Below, one piece after another: positions 42,901 through 54,932 of a stretch of DNA of 64,000 nucleotides. The notes beneath the pieces were generated by a model that was not told the origin of the DNA, made no database searches, and saw only the letters and a list, made by a program, of their open reading frames with translations. Source of the DNA: Macrostomum lignano (Eukaryota); NCBI GenBank assembly GCA_002269645.1, contig NIVC01001008.1, positions 124,001 to 188,000 on the forward strand. The letters run 5' to 3'. Position numbers and translations under genes: made by a program. Within the stretch, counting starts at the first letter, position 1, and each line of letters starts with the position of its first letter.

Positions 42901-44429
42901 CTCCCCTTCCCGAATCCTTCCCTTCCCGAATCTTCTACTTCCCGAATCCTCCCCTTCCCGAATCTTCCCGTTCTCGAATCCTCCCCTCCCCGAATCTTCC
43001 ACTTCCCAAATCCTCCCCTTCCCGAATCTTCCACTTCCCAAATCCCCCTTCCCGAATCCTCCCCTTCCCGAATCTTCCCCTTCCCAAATCCTCCCCTTCC
43101 CGAATCCTCCCCTTTTCGAATCTTCCCCTTCCCGAATCTTCCCCCTTCCCGAATCTTCCCTCTCACGAATCTTCCCCTTCCCGAATCTTCCCCTTCCCGA
43201 ATCTTCCCTCTCACGAATCTTCCCCTTCCCGAATCTTCCCCTTCCCGAATCTTCCCTCTCACGAATCTTCCCCTTCCCGAATCTTCCCTCTCACGAATCT
43301 TCCCCTTCCCGAATCTTCCCCTTCCCGAATCTTCCCTCTCACGAATCCTCCCCTTCCCGAATCCTCCCCTTCCCAAATCTTCCCCTTCCCGAATCCTCCC
43401 CTTCCCGAATCTTCCCCTTCCCGAATCTTCCCTCTCACGAATCTTCCCCTTCCCGAATCTTCCCCCTTCCCGAATCTTCCCTCTCACGAATCTTCCCCTT
43501 CCCGAATCTTCCCCTTCCCGAATCTTCCCTCTCACGAATCTTCCCCTTCCCGAATCTTCCCCTTCCCGAATCTTCCCTCTCATGAATCTTCCCCTTCCCG
43601 AATCTTCCCCTTCCCGAATCTTCCCTCTCACGAATCTTCCCCTTCCCGAATCTTCCCTCTCACGAATCTTCCCCTTCCCGAATCTTCCCCTTCCCGAATC
43701 TTCCCTCTCACGAATCCTCCCCTTCCCGAATCCTCCCCTTCCCAAATCATCCCCTTCCCGAATCCTCCCCTTCCCGAATCTTCCCCTTCCCGAATCTTCC
43801 CTCTCACGAATCTTCCCCTTCCCGAATCTTCCCCCTTCCCGAATCTTCCCTCTCACGAATCTTCCCCTTCCCGAATCTTCCCCTTCCCGAATCTTCCCTC
43901 TCACGAATCTTCCCCTTCCCGAATCTTCCCTCTCACGAATCTTCCCCTGCCCGAATCCTTCCTTTTTCGAATGTTCATCTTCCCAAATCCTCCTTAATGA
44001 TTTTTTTATAAAAATTCTCATGAATTTCTTTCTTGCTCTCAATTGAGCATTGCTTCATCAGGAACCTCTATTAAAATACAACACTTGCCCGCAGGCTTTG
44101 GAGACATGGCGGTGTCCAACAGCGTCGGCAGCAACGTATTCGACATCCTGCTGGGCCTCGGGCTGCCCTGGTTCATCGGCGCGGCAGTTCGCAGCAGTCC
44201 GGGCGGCGCGGTGTCAATCAGTTCGGCCGGCCTGACCTACTCATCAGTGGTGCTGCTGTCCACCGTGCTGCTGCTGCTCACATCCGTGTACGCCAATAAG
44301 ATGAAGCTGGACAAGAAGCTGGGCCTAGCCTGCCTACTGTTATACCTGCTCTTCATCACTGTATCCGTGCTATTTGAGACAAACGTATTCGCTCAACTGA
44401 ACCCGCCGCCGTGTGCAAGGAAGCAGTGA
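38073..44429 (+). CDS. SLC24: K+-dependent Na+/Ca2+ exchanger (NCKX, SLC24 family), first coding exon not identified
   Basis: Phase-consistent exons 38073-38321, 39042-39229, 40067-40167, 40672-about 40976, 41163-41348, 41808-42017, 42352-42453, 44095-44429. Alpha-1 [18 protein letters not shown], alpha-2 [50 protein letters not shown] (keeps the Asp linked to K+ dependence). Confidence 0.93.
38345..38700. repeat. Degenerate 19/38-bp minisatellite, intronic
   Basis: ACCCACATGAATCCCGAG / ACCCACACGAATCCACCGCG units. Confidence 0.85.
39245..39600. repeat. 18-bp purine-rich minisatellite, intronic
   Basis: AGAGTAGATGCAGGGCAG; followed by (GA)n at 39840-39935. Confidence 0.9.
40195..40595. repeat. 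42-bp minisatellite (about 9.5 copies), same family as 3087-3251
   Basis: Unit GGATTGCTAATCTAGCCTACATCATGGATGCAGGAATAGAAT. Confidence 0.96.
41410..41665. repeat. 34-bp minisatellite containing TTAGGG, intronic
   Basis: GATCATGATTAGGGAGTGACAAGAAGAGAACCCT. Confidence 0.9.
42030..42300. repeat. Degenerate GATAATCAC repeat, intronic
   Basis: Repeated GATAATCAC(C) motifs. Confidence 0.8.
42555..43960. repeat. 16-bp pyrimidine-rich minisatellite, intronic
   Basis: CCCCTTCCCGAATCTT with CCCTCTCACGAATCTT variants. Confidence 0.95.
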
Positions 44430-45139
44430 AGCCACGCTGACTACTTGGAGTGGTATAGGATGCAGCACTCTACAATTTTCGAAAGGCTATTTTTCTTAGA
44501 AATTGCACTTCTAATAAATATGTCCAGAGAACAGGAATTGACACGCGCGTGGCCCGCTGCCTCCCATATGGCGGCAGCCAATATTCTATTGCGATCATTT
44601 CGGTGACATTGTCCCACAACCAATTCTGCCCATTTTGCTGACTTTGTACACAGACACGCACTCATACACACGCTCACACAGGATGTAACATCGGCCATGA
44701 CTTCCCAATTGAGGATTCGATGATGAGTAATCGCATTGTTTTTCAACCAGACAGTTTCAAACAAGAAATAATGCAAATAAGTGACCCGGCCTTTGTAACT
44801 AACTAATCGTTGCACGATTATGAAGAGCTGGATTCGACTCTCGATCTAATCTAATAAGTTGCTTTGATGTTGCGACTGGAAATAAAGAAATTGATCACAA
44901 TTTTTATTAATTTTAGCTCTTTATTTCGAGTCACTTGATTGCTAGTTTTATAATGTACTTGTATTTTCTCAGAAACAAAGCATAAATACATGATTAGTTT
45001 GATTCATATGATTACCTTACAAGTAAAATAGCTCAGCTACGAGTATTTTTTCGTTTTCGGTAGAACTCTAACAATTTTTTTGTGAATACTGATCGCTGAT
45101 CAGTACTCGTATTCTGATAGTGATTTTGTGTAAGTTGGG

Positions 45140-47485
45140 AAAATGAATTCCCAAAGATGTGAATAATGAGTTCCCAAAGATGTGAATAATGAGTTGCCAA
45201 AGATGTGAATAATGAGTTCCCAAAGATGTGAATAGTGAGTTCCCAAAGATGTGAATAATGAGTTGCCAAAGATGTGAATAATGAGTTGCCAAAGATGTGA
45301 ATAATGAGTTGCCAAAGATGTGAATAATGAGTTGCCAAAGATGTGAATAGTGAGTTCCCAAAGATGTGAATAGTGAGTTCCCAAAGATGTGAATAGTGAG
45401 TTGCCAAAAATTTGAATAATGAGTTCCCAAAGATGTGAATAATGAGTTCCCAAAGATGTGAATAATGAGTTCCCAAAGATGTGAATAATGAGTTGCCAAA
45501 GATGTGAATAGTGAGTTCCCAAAGATGTGAATAATGAGTTCCCAAAGATGTGAATAATGAGTTCCCAAAGATGTGAATAGTGAGTTCCCAAAGATGTGAA
45601 TAATGAGTTGCCAAAGATGTGAATAATGAGTTGCCAAAGATGTGAATAATGAGTTGCCAAAGATGTGAATAATGAGTTGCCAAAGATGTGAATAGTGAGT
45701 TCCCAAAGATGTGAATAGTGAGTTCCCAAAGATGTGAATAGTGAGTTGCCAAAAATTTGAATAATGAGTTCCCAAAGATGTGAATAATGAGTTGCCAAAG
45801 ATGTGAATAGTGAGTTGCCAAAAATTTGAATAATGAGTTCCCAAAGATGTGAATAATGAGTTCCCAAAGATGTGAATAATGAGTTCCCAAAGATGTGAAT
45901 AATGAGTTGCCAAAGATGTGAATAATGAGTTCCCAAAGATGTGAATAATGAGTTCCCAAAGATGTGAATAATGAGTTGCCAAAGATGTGAATAGTGAGTT
46001 GCCAAAAATTTGAATAATGAGTTCCCAAAGATGTGAATAATGAGTTCCCAAAGATGTGAATAATGAGTTCCCAAAGATGTGAATAATGAGTTGCCAAAGA
46101 TGTGAATAATGAGTTGCCAAAGATGTGAATAGTGAGTTCCCAAAGATGTGAATAGTGAGTTCCCAAAGATGTGAATAGTGAGTTGCCAAAAATTTGAATA
46201 ATGAGTTCCCAAAGATGTGAATAATGAGTTGCCAAAGATGTGAATAATGAGTTGCCAAAGATGTGAATAATGAGTACCCAAAGATGTGAATAATGAGTTG
46301 CCAAAGATGTGAATAATGAGTTCCCAAAGATGTGAATAATGAGTTCCCAAAGATGTGAATAATGAGTTCCCAAAGATGTGAATGAGAAGTTGCCAGAGAT
46401 GTGAATAATGAGTTGCCAAAGATGTGAATAATGAGTTGCCAAAGATGTGAATAATGAGTTCCCAAAGATGTGAATAATGAGTTCCCAAAGATGTGAATAA
46501 TGAGTTCCCAAAGATGTGAATAATGAGTTGCCAAAGATGTGAATAATGAGTTGCCAAAGATGTGAATAATGAGTTCCCAAAGATGTGAATAATGAGTTGC
46601 CAAAGATGTGAATAATGAATTGCCAAAGATGTGAATAATGAGTTGCCAAAGATGTGAATAATGAGTTCCCAAAGATGTGAATAATGAGTTCCCAAAGATG
46701 TGAATAATGAGTTGCCAAAGATGTGAATAGTGAGTTCCCAAAGATGTGAATAATGAGTTGCCAAAGATGTGAATAATGAGTTGCCAAAGATGTGAATAAT
46801 GAGTTCCCAAAGATGTGAATAATGAGTTCCCAAAGATGTGAATAATGAGTTCCCAAAGATGTGAATAATGAGTTGCCAAAGATGTGAAAAATGAGTTGCC
46901 AAAGATGTGAATAATGAGTTCCCAAAGATGTGAATAATGAGTTCCCAAAGATGTGAATAATGAGTTGCCAAAGATGTGAATAGTGAGTTCCCAAAGATGT
47001 GAATAATGAGTTCCCAAAGATGTGAATAGTGAGTTCCCAAAGATGTGAATAGTGAGTTGCCAAAAATTTGAATAATGAGTTCCCAAAGATGTGAATAATG
47101 AGTTTTCAACGATGTAAATAATGAGTTCCCAAAGATGTGAATAATGAGTTGCCAAAGATGTGAATAATGAGTTGCCAAAGATGTGAATAATGAGTTCCCA
47201 AAGATGTGAATAATGAGTTGCCAAAGATGTGAATAATGAGTTGCCAAAGATGTGAATGAGAAGTTGCGAAAGATGTGAATGAGAAGTTGCCAAAGATGTG
47301 AATAATGAGTTCCCAAAGATGTGAATAGTGAGTTCCCAAAGATGTGAATAATGAGTTGCCAAAGATGTGAATAATGAGTTGCCAAAGATGTGAATAATGA
47401 GTTCCCAAAGATGTGAATAATGAGTTACCAAAGATGTGAATAATGAGTTGCCAAAGATGTGAATGAAAAGTTGCCAAAGATGTGA
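45140..47485. repeat. 23-bp minisatellite (about 100 copies), intergenic
   Basis: GATGTGAATAATGAGTT(C/G)CCAAA; source of the false 676-787-aa ORFs. Confidence 0.97.
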
Positions 47486-48108
47486 ATTACAACTTGTACT
47501 TGCCAGAGAAGTACAACGTGAGACTAAACTATAGCTTCAAATTCATGCAAGACTTTGCACAGACAGACTGCACTGCAGATAAGAATATGCATTAAAGTTC
47601 AAGACGCACTTCAAGTTGACTGACGCAAAAGCAATTCTGGCGCAAGAGTCAATGCCATTTCGCAAGCCAAGCCACCCGCTCAAAATTCGGGAAAAGTGCA
47701 AGAATGGGCGGCTTCTTGCGTCGAGCTTTAAGCAAAGTCCGAGCCAACAAACAAAGCAGGCCTTAGACATCTTGCTCGCAGCCTGTCGCTCCCATAGTCT
47801 ATGGCTGAACTAGCGGCGGTCCGCCGGCGAAAGGGCCCAAGCAGAACTCTACTAGCGAGCCAAAGCCCCAGTGCCAGGCAGCAGCTCAGAGCCCTCCTCA
47901 AGCCCCTAGCTAGCAATCGCAGTTTTAGTGTTTCATCTTCAACGCAAGGCAACTCTTCCATTCCTAGGCAGAATTTCGCTGCTAATTAGGGGCCTTAAAT
48001 TGTACCTACGCATTCGAGCCTTGCCGTTATCTTCAAGTTGCCTGAGCTGAGCGCAGAATTTGTTTACTACTTTTTGGAATCGACAATCTTACTTGACTTC
48101 AAAGCAAG

Positions 48109-49533
48109 ATGACCGCCAGTCCAGCGTCGACTTCATCGTTAAGCGACATCAGCCAGATTCGCGGCGATTCAAGCGACAGTCACAGCGGCAGCGGTGCAGC
48201 CGGCGGCGGGGGTGGCAGCGGAAGCGGAAGCGGCGGAGGCGGCGCGTCCGGGGCCGTCGGTGGCACCAGCGGTAGCGCCGGCAGCGCCACGGTCTGCTTC
48301 CAGCAGGTGGACGAAGAGCGTCGCCGATCTGAGCAGCTTCGAAAGCTCTTCGTCGGCGGCCTGGCGCCTTTCGTCAGCGACGACCAGCTGAACGAATTCT
48401 TCGCCGACTTCGGCGAAATCACGGACGTCGTGGTGATGAAGGACAACAAGACTGGCCGGTCGCGCGGGTTCGGCTTTGTCACCTACCGCGAGCCCGAGAT
48501 GGTGGACGCCGCGCAGGCTGCCAGGCCGCATGTGCTGGGCGGCAAGCAGGTGGAGACGAAGCGGGCGATGCCGCGCGAAGATTCTGACAAGCCGGAGGCG
48601 CACATGACCGTCAAGAAGCTCTTCGTTGGCGCGCTGAAGAAGGATGTGACCTCGGAAGACCTGCGCGACTACTTTGGCCAGTTCGGCAACGTGGAAGAGG
48701 CCGAGGTCATGACCTGGAAGGAAACTGGCGAGAGTCGCGGCTTCGGCTTTGTCACATTCGACGACTACGACCCCGTGGACAAGTGCATCCTGTACAAGCC
48801 GCACAGCATCGGTTCCTCGCGGGCCGACGTGAAGAAGGCGCTCAGCAAGGAGGAGATGTCCAAGGTGAAGGCCAAGCAGGAGCAGCAGAAGTTCACCGGC
48901 TCGCCGTTCTCGCCAGGCGCCGCTGCCGCCATCAAACTGGCCGCCGCTGGCCAGTCCGCCGCCGCTGCCGCCGCCGCCGCCGCTGCAGCCGCAGCGAATT
49001 TGAACGGCGGGACGTCTCAGCAGCCGCAGCCGCCGCAGCCGCAGCCGTCGCAGCAGGTGAGCCACCACCAGCAGGCACCTCCGCCGCAGCAGCCGCCAGT
49101 GTACTACCCGGCTGCCGCGTACTACGGCCACCCGCACCCGCTGCAGCATCATCTGCATCATCAGCAGCAACAGCAGCAGCAGCAGCAGCAGCTCGGCGGC
49201 GGAGGCGGCTTCGCCTATCCGATGCCGCACGCCGCCATGCCGCCAGCGATGTTCGGCGGTCCAGCCGCCCCGGCCGACTGCCTGATGAGCCCCTACGCCC
49301 TGCACGCTGCGGCGGTGGCCGCGGCCGCAGCCGCTGCATCTCGCGGCGGTGGCAGCGGTGGAGGCGGCATTTCCAACGGCATTGGTGGCTACGGCAACGG
49401 CGGCGGCGCTCAGGTGCCGTGCCCGCCGCCCGGAGGCTTCCATTTTCCGGCGATTTTCCACGCGGAGCCGCAGGCGCCGGTGCCCGGCCTGGAGTTCGTG
49501 GGCGCCCAGCGGTGGAACGAAGTCTGCCAGTGA
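48109..49533 (+). CDS. HNRNPA1: hnRNP A1/A2/A3-family RNA-binding protein (two RRMs), intronless, 474 aa
   Basis: EQLRKLFVGGL, RSRGFGFVTY, ETKRAMPREDS...AHMTVKKLFVG, SRGFGFVTFDDYDPVDK, DVKKALSKEEM. The symbol is a family-level call; orthology was not tested. Confidence 0.88.
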   Translation: MTASPASTSSLSDISQIRGDSSDSHSGSGAAGGGGGSGSGSGGGGASGAVGGTSGSAGSATVCFQQVDEERRRSEQLRKLFVGGLAPFVSDDQLNEFFADFGEITDVVVMKDNKTGRSRGFGFVTYREPEMVDAAQAARPHVLGGKQVETKRAMPREDSDKPEAHMTVKKLFVGALKKDVTSEDLRDYFGQFGNVEEAEVMTWKETGESRGFGFVTFDDYDPVDKCILYKPHSIGSSRADVKKALSKEEMSKVKAKQEQQKFTGSPFSPGAAAAIKLAAAGQSAAAAAAAAAAAAANLNGGTSQQPQPPQPQPSQQVSHHQQAPPPQQPPVYYPAAAYYGHPHPLQHHLHHQQQQQQQQQQLGGGGGFAYPMPHAAMPPAMFGGPAAPADCLMSPYALHAAAVAAAAAAASRGGGSGGGGISNGIGGYGNGGGAQVPCPPPGGFHFPAIFHAEPQAPVPGLEFVGAQRWNEVCQ

Positions 49534-49894
49534 GTCTTCAGAGATAAATAATTCATTTTTTCGGACAGTACGCAGCTGGTGAGAGGGAAGGGGAGCAGCG
49601 ATTTTATTTCCTTTTTCAAATTCTCTTTTCTCAATGCCAGTCAATTAGACTCAGGTACTTTTTTATAACTGGCTTCACTCCGGAGACAATTCAATCGCAT
49701 TTATTACTATCAGTAGCCAATTATCAGCTTGACGTCAGAATTTAGCAATATGCCATCATTTCTAAAAAAATTTCTCGTCGCCCATTGTCGCTTTGCTTTA
49801 ATTTTTAAAATTATTTTATTTTCCTGGAATTTGCTCTCAAAGTCGAGGGTTGGCGACCGGTCAAGCTAGCCTTAAATAATTTCAGCTAATTTTA

Positions 49895-49908
49895 GTCGCC
49901 ATGACAAC
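49895..49908. promoter_or_regulatory. X-box-like site
   Basis: GTCGCCATGACAAC; no adjacent gene start seen. Confidence 0.3.
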
Positions 49909-51280
49909 AATGTGGAACGTGAAATGCTATTACAATTTTTCGTCTATCCAGCATTGGTTTGTGATAAAAATTTCTACTTAATTGCTGTATTATTTTGTAA
50001 AACCCATTCGAATCACTGGGTGCATGCGTTTTATATTTTGCAGTTAATTGCACGTCAGACTTGCTTTCATTTTAAATTTTACTACCCAAGCCAAAAAATA
50101 GCCCATAGCATCATAGCTAGTTAGCTTCTATGGCTACTTTTAGTAGAGTAGTATAACTTTTATATTGAATTTCTTCCCAAAAATAGTTTGTATCAGCTTT
50201 ATGTTGCACCATTTCACACCAAAACAAGTCGTTATAAAATATTCAATTCCAAGCATTTTAGACTTAGCTTAGCTACCGTATATTCTTCTCAATTTGTGTG
50301 TAACTCAGCCTCCGTTTTAAGTTTGAATTATTTTCGTTTTTTGTTTTCTTTTAGTAGCCAATAACCAATACGATTTTAAGCTAAACAGAGCGACTCCGTA
50401 CGCTTAATATACAAGCAAATATTGCCTGCAGTCCCTACTCTACAGTCCTAAGGAATTTAACCCTTTGACTTTTTGTTTGATTATTTACATTTTTTACTTT
50501 GCGTAAAACTAAAGCCGGCAAGTTAGTAGTAACAATTATTCAAAAACAAACGAACCAGGACTTGAAAATGAAATCAAGAAATAAATAAAGCAAATTAAAA
50601 ATGAAATTAAAAAATCAAATCAACGAAATAAATCTAAGAAAGGAAATTAGGAAATTAAAAAAAAATAAATTAATAAAAAAATGAAACTGAGGGACAAAAT
50701 TAGAAAGTAAGTTGATACATGAAATTGAAAATAAAAATAAAGAAATTTTTAACTGATAAATTGTATTTATTTTAGACCTCAAAGTCAGTGGGTAAACAGG
50801 AACTTAAAATCCCACCCTTGCTACAACACCAATTGTAAAAAAGTCTCCAACTCGCAAACGGAATCGGAATTTCACCGCTGCTCAACAATTGTAACGGGGG
50901 TAAAAGGATGGTGACGTTCCGGCTTTAAATCCGACCTAATGCCACCAAATGTAAAGGTTTAAAATATGTTTGACTTCTACTACTACGAGTAGAGGCTCCT
51001 GGCCTAAACTGGGATTTTGGAAAAAGAACAGACCTGACAGAGACCTGGAAAATCGGCTAATTGTCTTGCCTGAAATCTAAGCGGAGACAGGATAAATGCC
51101 ACGCCGTGACTCGATCACTACCTGTTTATCCAAAAGTAGGCTAAACGTCTCCGGACTTTTAACCGGGAATGACTCGGCGTCTGACACAATTCCTAATGGG
51201 CTAATTGTCCCCGAACTCTAAAATTGTCTAGTCAGAACTGCAGGCCCTATTTCCGGCGACACTTGTCCTAAATAACTTAG

Positions 51281-52783
51281 GATAGCGACGTTTGCCTGCG
51301 GGACGTTTGTCAGCCGACATTTGCCTGCGGGGCGTTTGCCAGCCAACGTTTGCCAGCGGGACGATTGCCAGCCGACGTTTGCCAGCCGATGTTTGCCGGC
51401 CGACGTTCGCCTGCGGGACGTTTGCCAGCTGACGTTTGCCAGCCGACGTTTTCCTGCGGGACGTTTGCCTGCGGGACGTTTGCCAGCCGACGTTTGCCAG
51501 CGGGACGTTTGCTAGCCCGTTTGCTAGCCCGTTTGCTAGCCGACGTTTGTCAGCGGGACGTTTGCCAGCCGACGTTTGCCAGCCGACGTTTGCCAGCGGG
51601 ACGTTTGCTAGCCCGTTTGCTAGCCGACGTTTGTCAGCCGACGTTTGCCAGCCGACGTTTGCCAGCCGACGTTTGCCAGCCGACGTTTGCCAGCCGACGT
51701 TTGCCAGCCGACGTTTGCCAGCCGACGTTTGCCTGCGGGACGTTTGCCAGCCGACGTTCGCCAGCCAACATTAAGTCAGTGAGTGAAAAATTTGATACTG
51801 AAATATTCGCAGTTAAGCGGATTGAAAAAAACGTTTTTTTAGTCCAACTTTTTGACGGTTATTCGCATGTATAAAAGTTCGGAAACAAAATCTATACAAA
51901 TTATGCAGTTCATCAATCTAGCATCTAGTTCAACAACAATTTCTTTGAATGTGAAAATATTATAGTTTACTTCTGACAGCTTTGTATTGCTTTCCCAGTT
52001 TGAGATGTTTGATTTTTGATTTGCGAATGAAGACGCGCAAATTTAAACGGGAATCTCCAGCGAGCCAAGTTTTGGGCAAATAAAAGACCTGCTGAACGAT
52101 AGTTCTGGCTTATATATTTCCCAGTTCATTGGGAGATCCAAAAGTAAGCGAATTAATTCCAATGCAGCTTGTCAAGTGCACGCTGTCATGGCCAAACTCC
52201 GTGAAGTAGAGTTTAGCTTTCGAGTTAAGTATGTATAGGCGAGACTAAGCAAGCCAATACCATTATGGATGTCTCAGTCTTTTCCCATTTAGCTTGTAAA
52301 CACTTAGCTTTTTTGGCCACTGAGATGAAAAGGGCCATTCCATGGCATACATAGACATCAACTGTGACGATGGAAACTCCTATTTTGTACTTTTACCTTT
52401 ATATTTAGGCAGACAAGAGCAATAACTTCAATAAGCCTGAGCAGTAGTTTGTTAGTAACCTGTATATTTAATAGCAGTAGTAGGTAGCGAGGTGGAATTA
52501 GATTAGTGCGATGTCCACAGTTTTCAAATGCAAGTACATGTAAGCCTAGAGAGGGCGTACTTCTTTAACCAATTGCCGCCTGCAAACGTCTCGCAGGCAA
52601 ACGTCGGCTGGCAAACGTCGGCTGGCAAAAGTCTCGCAGGCAAACGTCGGCTGGCAAACGTCGGCTGGCAAACGTCGGCTGCAAACGTCCCACAGGCAAA
52701 CGTCGGCTGGCAAACGTCGGTTGGCAAACGTCCCGCAGGCAAACGTCGGCTGGCAAACGTCGGCTGGCAAACGTCGTAGACCC
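51281..52783. mobile_element. Non-autonomous foldback/MULE-like element with compound TIRs
   Basis: Direct repeat AAATAACTTAG at 51270-51280 and 52784-52794; inverted arrays of 14-bp GACGTTTGCCAGCC at about 51287-51770 and 52575-52776; no transposase recognised inside. Confidence 0.85.
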
Positions 52784-53370
52784 AAATAACTTAGATCTGC
52801 GGTAGCTAGAGGAAATGGGTCTAAGCTACTAAGGCTAAGGCTATTCTTAACGCTCGATAGTTTACTATTCTACCCTAAGTAGCTGTCTACTCTTCGAACA
52901 CAAGAGACCGGGCTAAACATGAGCCAATACGAAACCGGGGCCAAACCGGGGGTCCGTGCGAACGCGAGATTGAAATTTCGTGTGCGCGTATCTTCTACCG
53001 AATTTCCGGTGCATTAAAACAAATTTCTAAACGAATTATTAATTTTTATCGGGTAGCTATTAGTAAAGATCATTTCGTACAGAACTCGGAACATTCTTGA
53101 AATTATTAATTTCAATAGGATGTATTAGTAATGAAATTTCGTCGTGATATTCGGAGCCCTACCATGTTTGAATTCGGGTTATATTATATGGATTTTTATA
53201 AAATGGTTCGGGAATAGTGTTAAGGTCCGATGAGGGTGGACTTCGGTCGGTAGGTTTCAGTTTAGAGTAAAGATTGGGTTGGGGCAGAGCTTCGATAGAG
53301 TTAGGGGTATAGTAGATCGAGCTTTGGGTAATTCGGGTAGGGTTCGGAGTAGAGTTTTTGGTAGATTCAA

Positions 53371-53626
53371 GCAACTGAAGAAGAAATACACGCCGTACAC
53401 TCGATTTTCTTCGAAATGAGCTGCATGGAGGCCGATATGGTAACGTTTATTCGTATCGCTAGTGAATTCTTTTGCTACATCTAGAGAATGGGGTTTTGCC
53501 ATAGACAAAATCGGTTTCTATATAAATCTACAGGTGATACGACAAACATGTGTTCCTTGCCGGCCTCCAGCGTATTTCTAAGAGAATCGAGTGTAGCGTC
53601 TGGCCTTCTACTTCAGATGTCCATGG
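53371..53626 (-). mobile_element. Palindromic non-autonomous element, copy 2
   Basis: Reverse complement aligns to 31059-31332 (CCATGGACA.CTGAAGTAGAAGG, TTAGAAAT..GCTGGAGGC, CCGATTTTGTCTATGG, TCTAGATGTAG); CCATAGAC at 53499; flanked by GGGTT-rich degenerate repeats. Confidence 0.65.
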
Positions 53627-53921
53627 ATTGTCTGGAATAGCCTCTGTGGTATGGGGCTAGGGTCTTTGGGATGATAGGGTTTGGAATATTTCAAGTTCAA
53701 TACTCAAGTTGCTTTATTTATGGCCCTCAGTTTTATTAATTACTTTATTAAAAGATAACAAAAACGTCCGTTCATTTTGGGGAACATTTAAACAAAGCTT
53801 GTATAGCTGGGCATCCAGGGTAGATTAGTTGTACGTAGATTTAAGATTTTTGACCGCCGAATTCAAATTTAAAGTAAGCAGATTTTGTATTTGAGTTGGT
53901 CATCTGCTGCTGCCGCTCAGT

Positions 53922-54626
53922 TCATGGCCGGCGCTGCGCATTGCGGGCCTTTTTCTTGGCTAGAATTCGCTGCCTCACCAGGTTCTGCTGCTCCATCTCC
54001 AGCTTCCCCGGGGAGGTGGCCAGATCCGCTAGCGCTGTCAGACGTTCCGACAGCAGCCGGGTGGCTGCCTCGGCTGCGGATAAACGAGAGATAAACTGCG
54101 ATAATTGCTCTGCATCCGGTTTGTCTGCAGTATTGGCTTCCGATTGAACTTCCGGTTTATCTTCCGGTTTAGCTCCCGGTTTAGCTTCCGTTTGTTTCCC
54201 GTCAAGCTTGGCCAGCCGGGCCAGCCGCAGGCGGGCGTCCGGGATTTCGCTATCAATTTTTTCCAGCCTCGCCGTCACTTTGGCCGCTTTGGCCGCCTCC
54301 GCTCGGACGGCGTCCGTCGCTTTGCCGAGGCCGCCAACGTGGCGTTCGATGGCAACCAGCCGCCTGTTCACGAACGGGTTGTAGATCTCGGCTGGCGGCC
54401 GCCCACCTCCGTTTTTGCTGTTCTCCTGCGGCGCTCTTTCGCCATCTGCGGCGGCGCCGCCCTCGCCTGACGAGGAAATGGCGGGCAGCAGCTTCCCGTT
54501 GGTTCCGGCTTTGGAGAGGCTGCTGGTCCGGTGCTGCAGCTGTGGCCTTGGCTTCTGCTGAGGCTTCTGCTGCTGCTGGCCACTGCTGGCACCTCCCGGG
54601 TTACCAGTCGATGCGGTTGAGGCCAT
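53922..54626 (-). CDS. Uncharacterised coiled-coil protein, paralog A (234 aa)
   Basis: ATG at 54626, GC-rich coding composition, poly-Q N-terminus, heptad-rich helices; upstream acceptor near 54657 and donor GTGAGT near 55008 suggest a 5' UTR intron. Confidence 0.7.
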   Translation of the reverse strand: MASTASTGNPGGASSGQQQQKPQQKPRPQLQHRTSSLSKAGTNGKLLPAISSSGEGGAAADGERAPQENSKNGGGRPPAEIYNPFVNRRLVAIERHVGGLGKATDAVRAEAAKAAKVTARLEKIDSEIPDARLRLARLAKLDGKQTEAKPGAKPEDKPEVQSEANTADKPDAEQLSQFISRLSAAEAATRLLSERLTALADLATSPGKLEMEQQNLVRQRILAKKKARNAQRRP

Positions 54627-54719
54627 GCCTGCTTTGCCCGAGAGCTTTTCTGCTGTTTGAATTCCAGGTTTTGAAAGCATCCGTATTGAAAGCTATGAGA
54701 ACACAAAAAGTATTCATAT

Positions 54720-54932
54720 AAACATTTACGAGAACATAAAAGCATCTATTTTGAACATTACGAGAACATGAAAGCATCCATATTGAACATTACGAGAACA
54801 TGAAAGCATCCATTTAAAACATTACGAGAACATGAAAGCATCCTTATTGAACATTACGAGAACATAAGAGCATCCTTATTGAACATTACGAGAACATAAG
54901 AGCATCCCTATTGAACATTACGAGAACATGAA
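54720..54932. repeat. 32-bp minisatellite (about 6 copies)
   Basis: GAACATTACGAGAACATGAAAGCATCCATATT. Confidence 0.88.

Noticed and set aside
42378-44046. 539/541/420-aa Pro-rich or RGG-like ORFs
   Set aside because: Read-through of an NCKX intron repeat; the flanking exons splice in phase without it.
45033-47477. 676-787-aa repeat proteins
   Set aside because: A 23-bp unit open in all three frames; no evidence of coding constraint.
48169-49644. 491-aa antisense ORF to the hnRNP gene
   Set aside because: Codon-phase shadow of a GC-rich sense ORF.
51775-52570. Possible hAT or MULE transposase remnant inside the foldback element
   Set aside because: Only vague similarity, many stops, no catalytic motifs.
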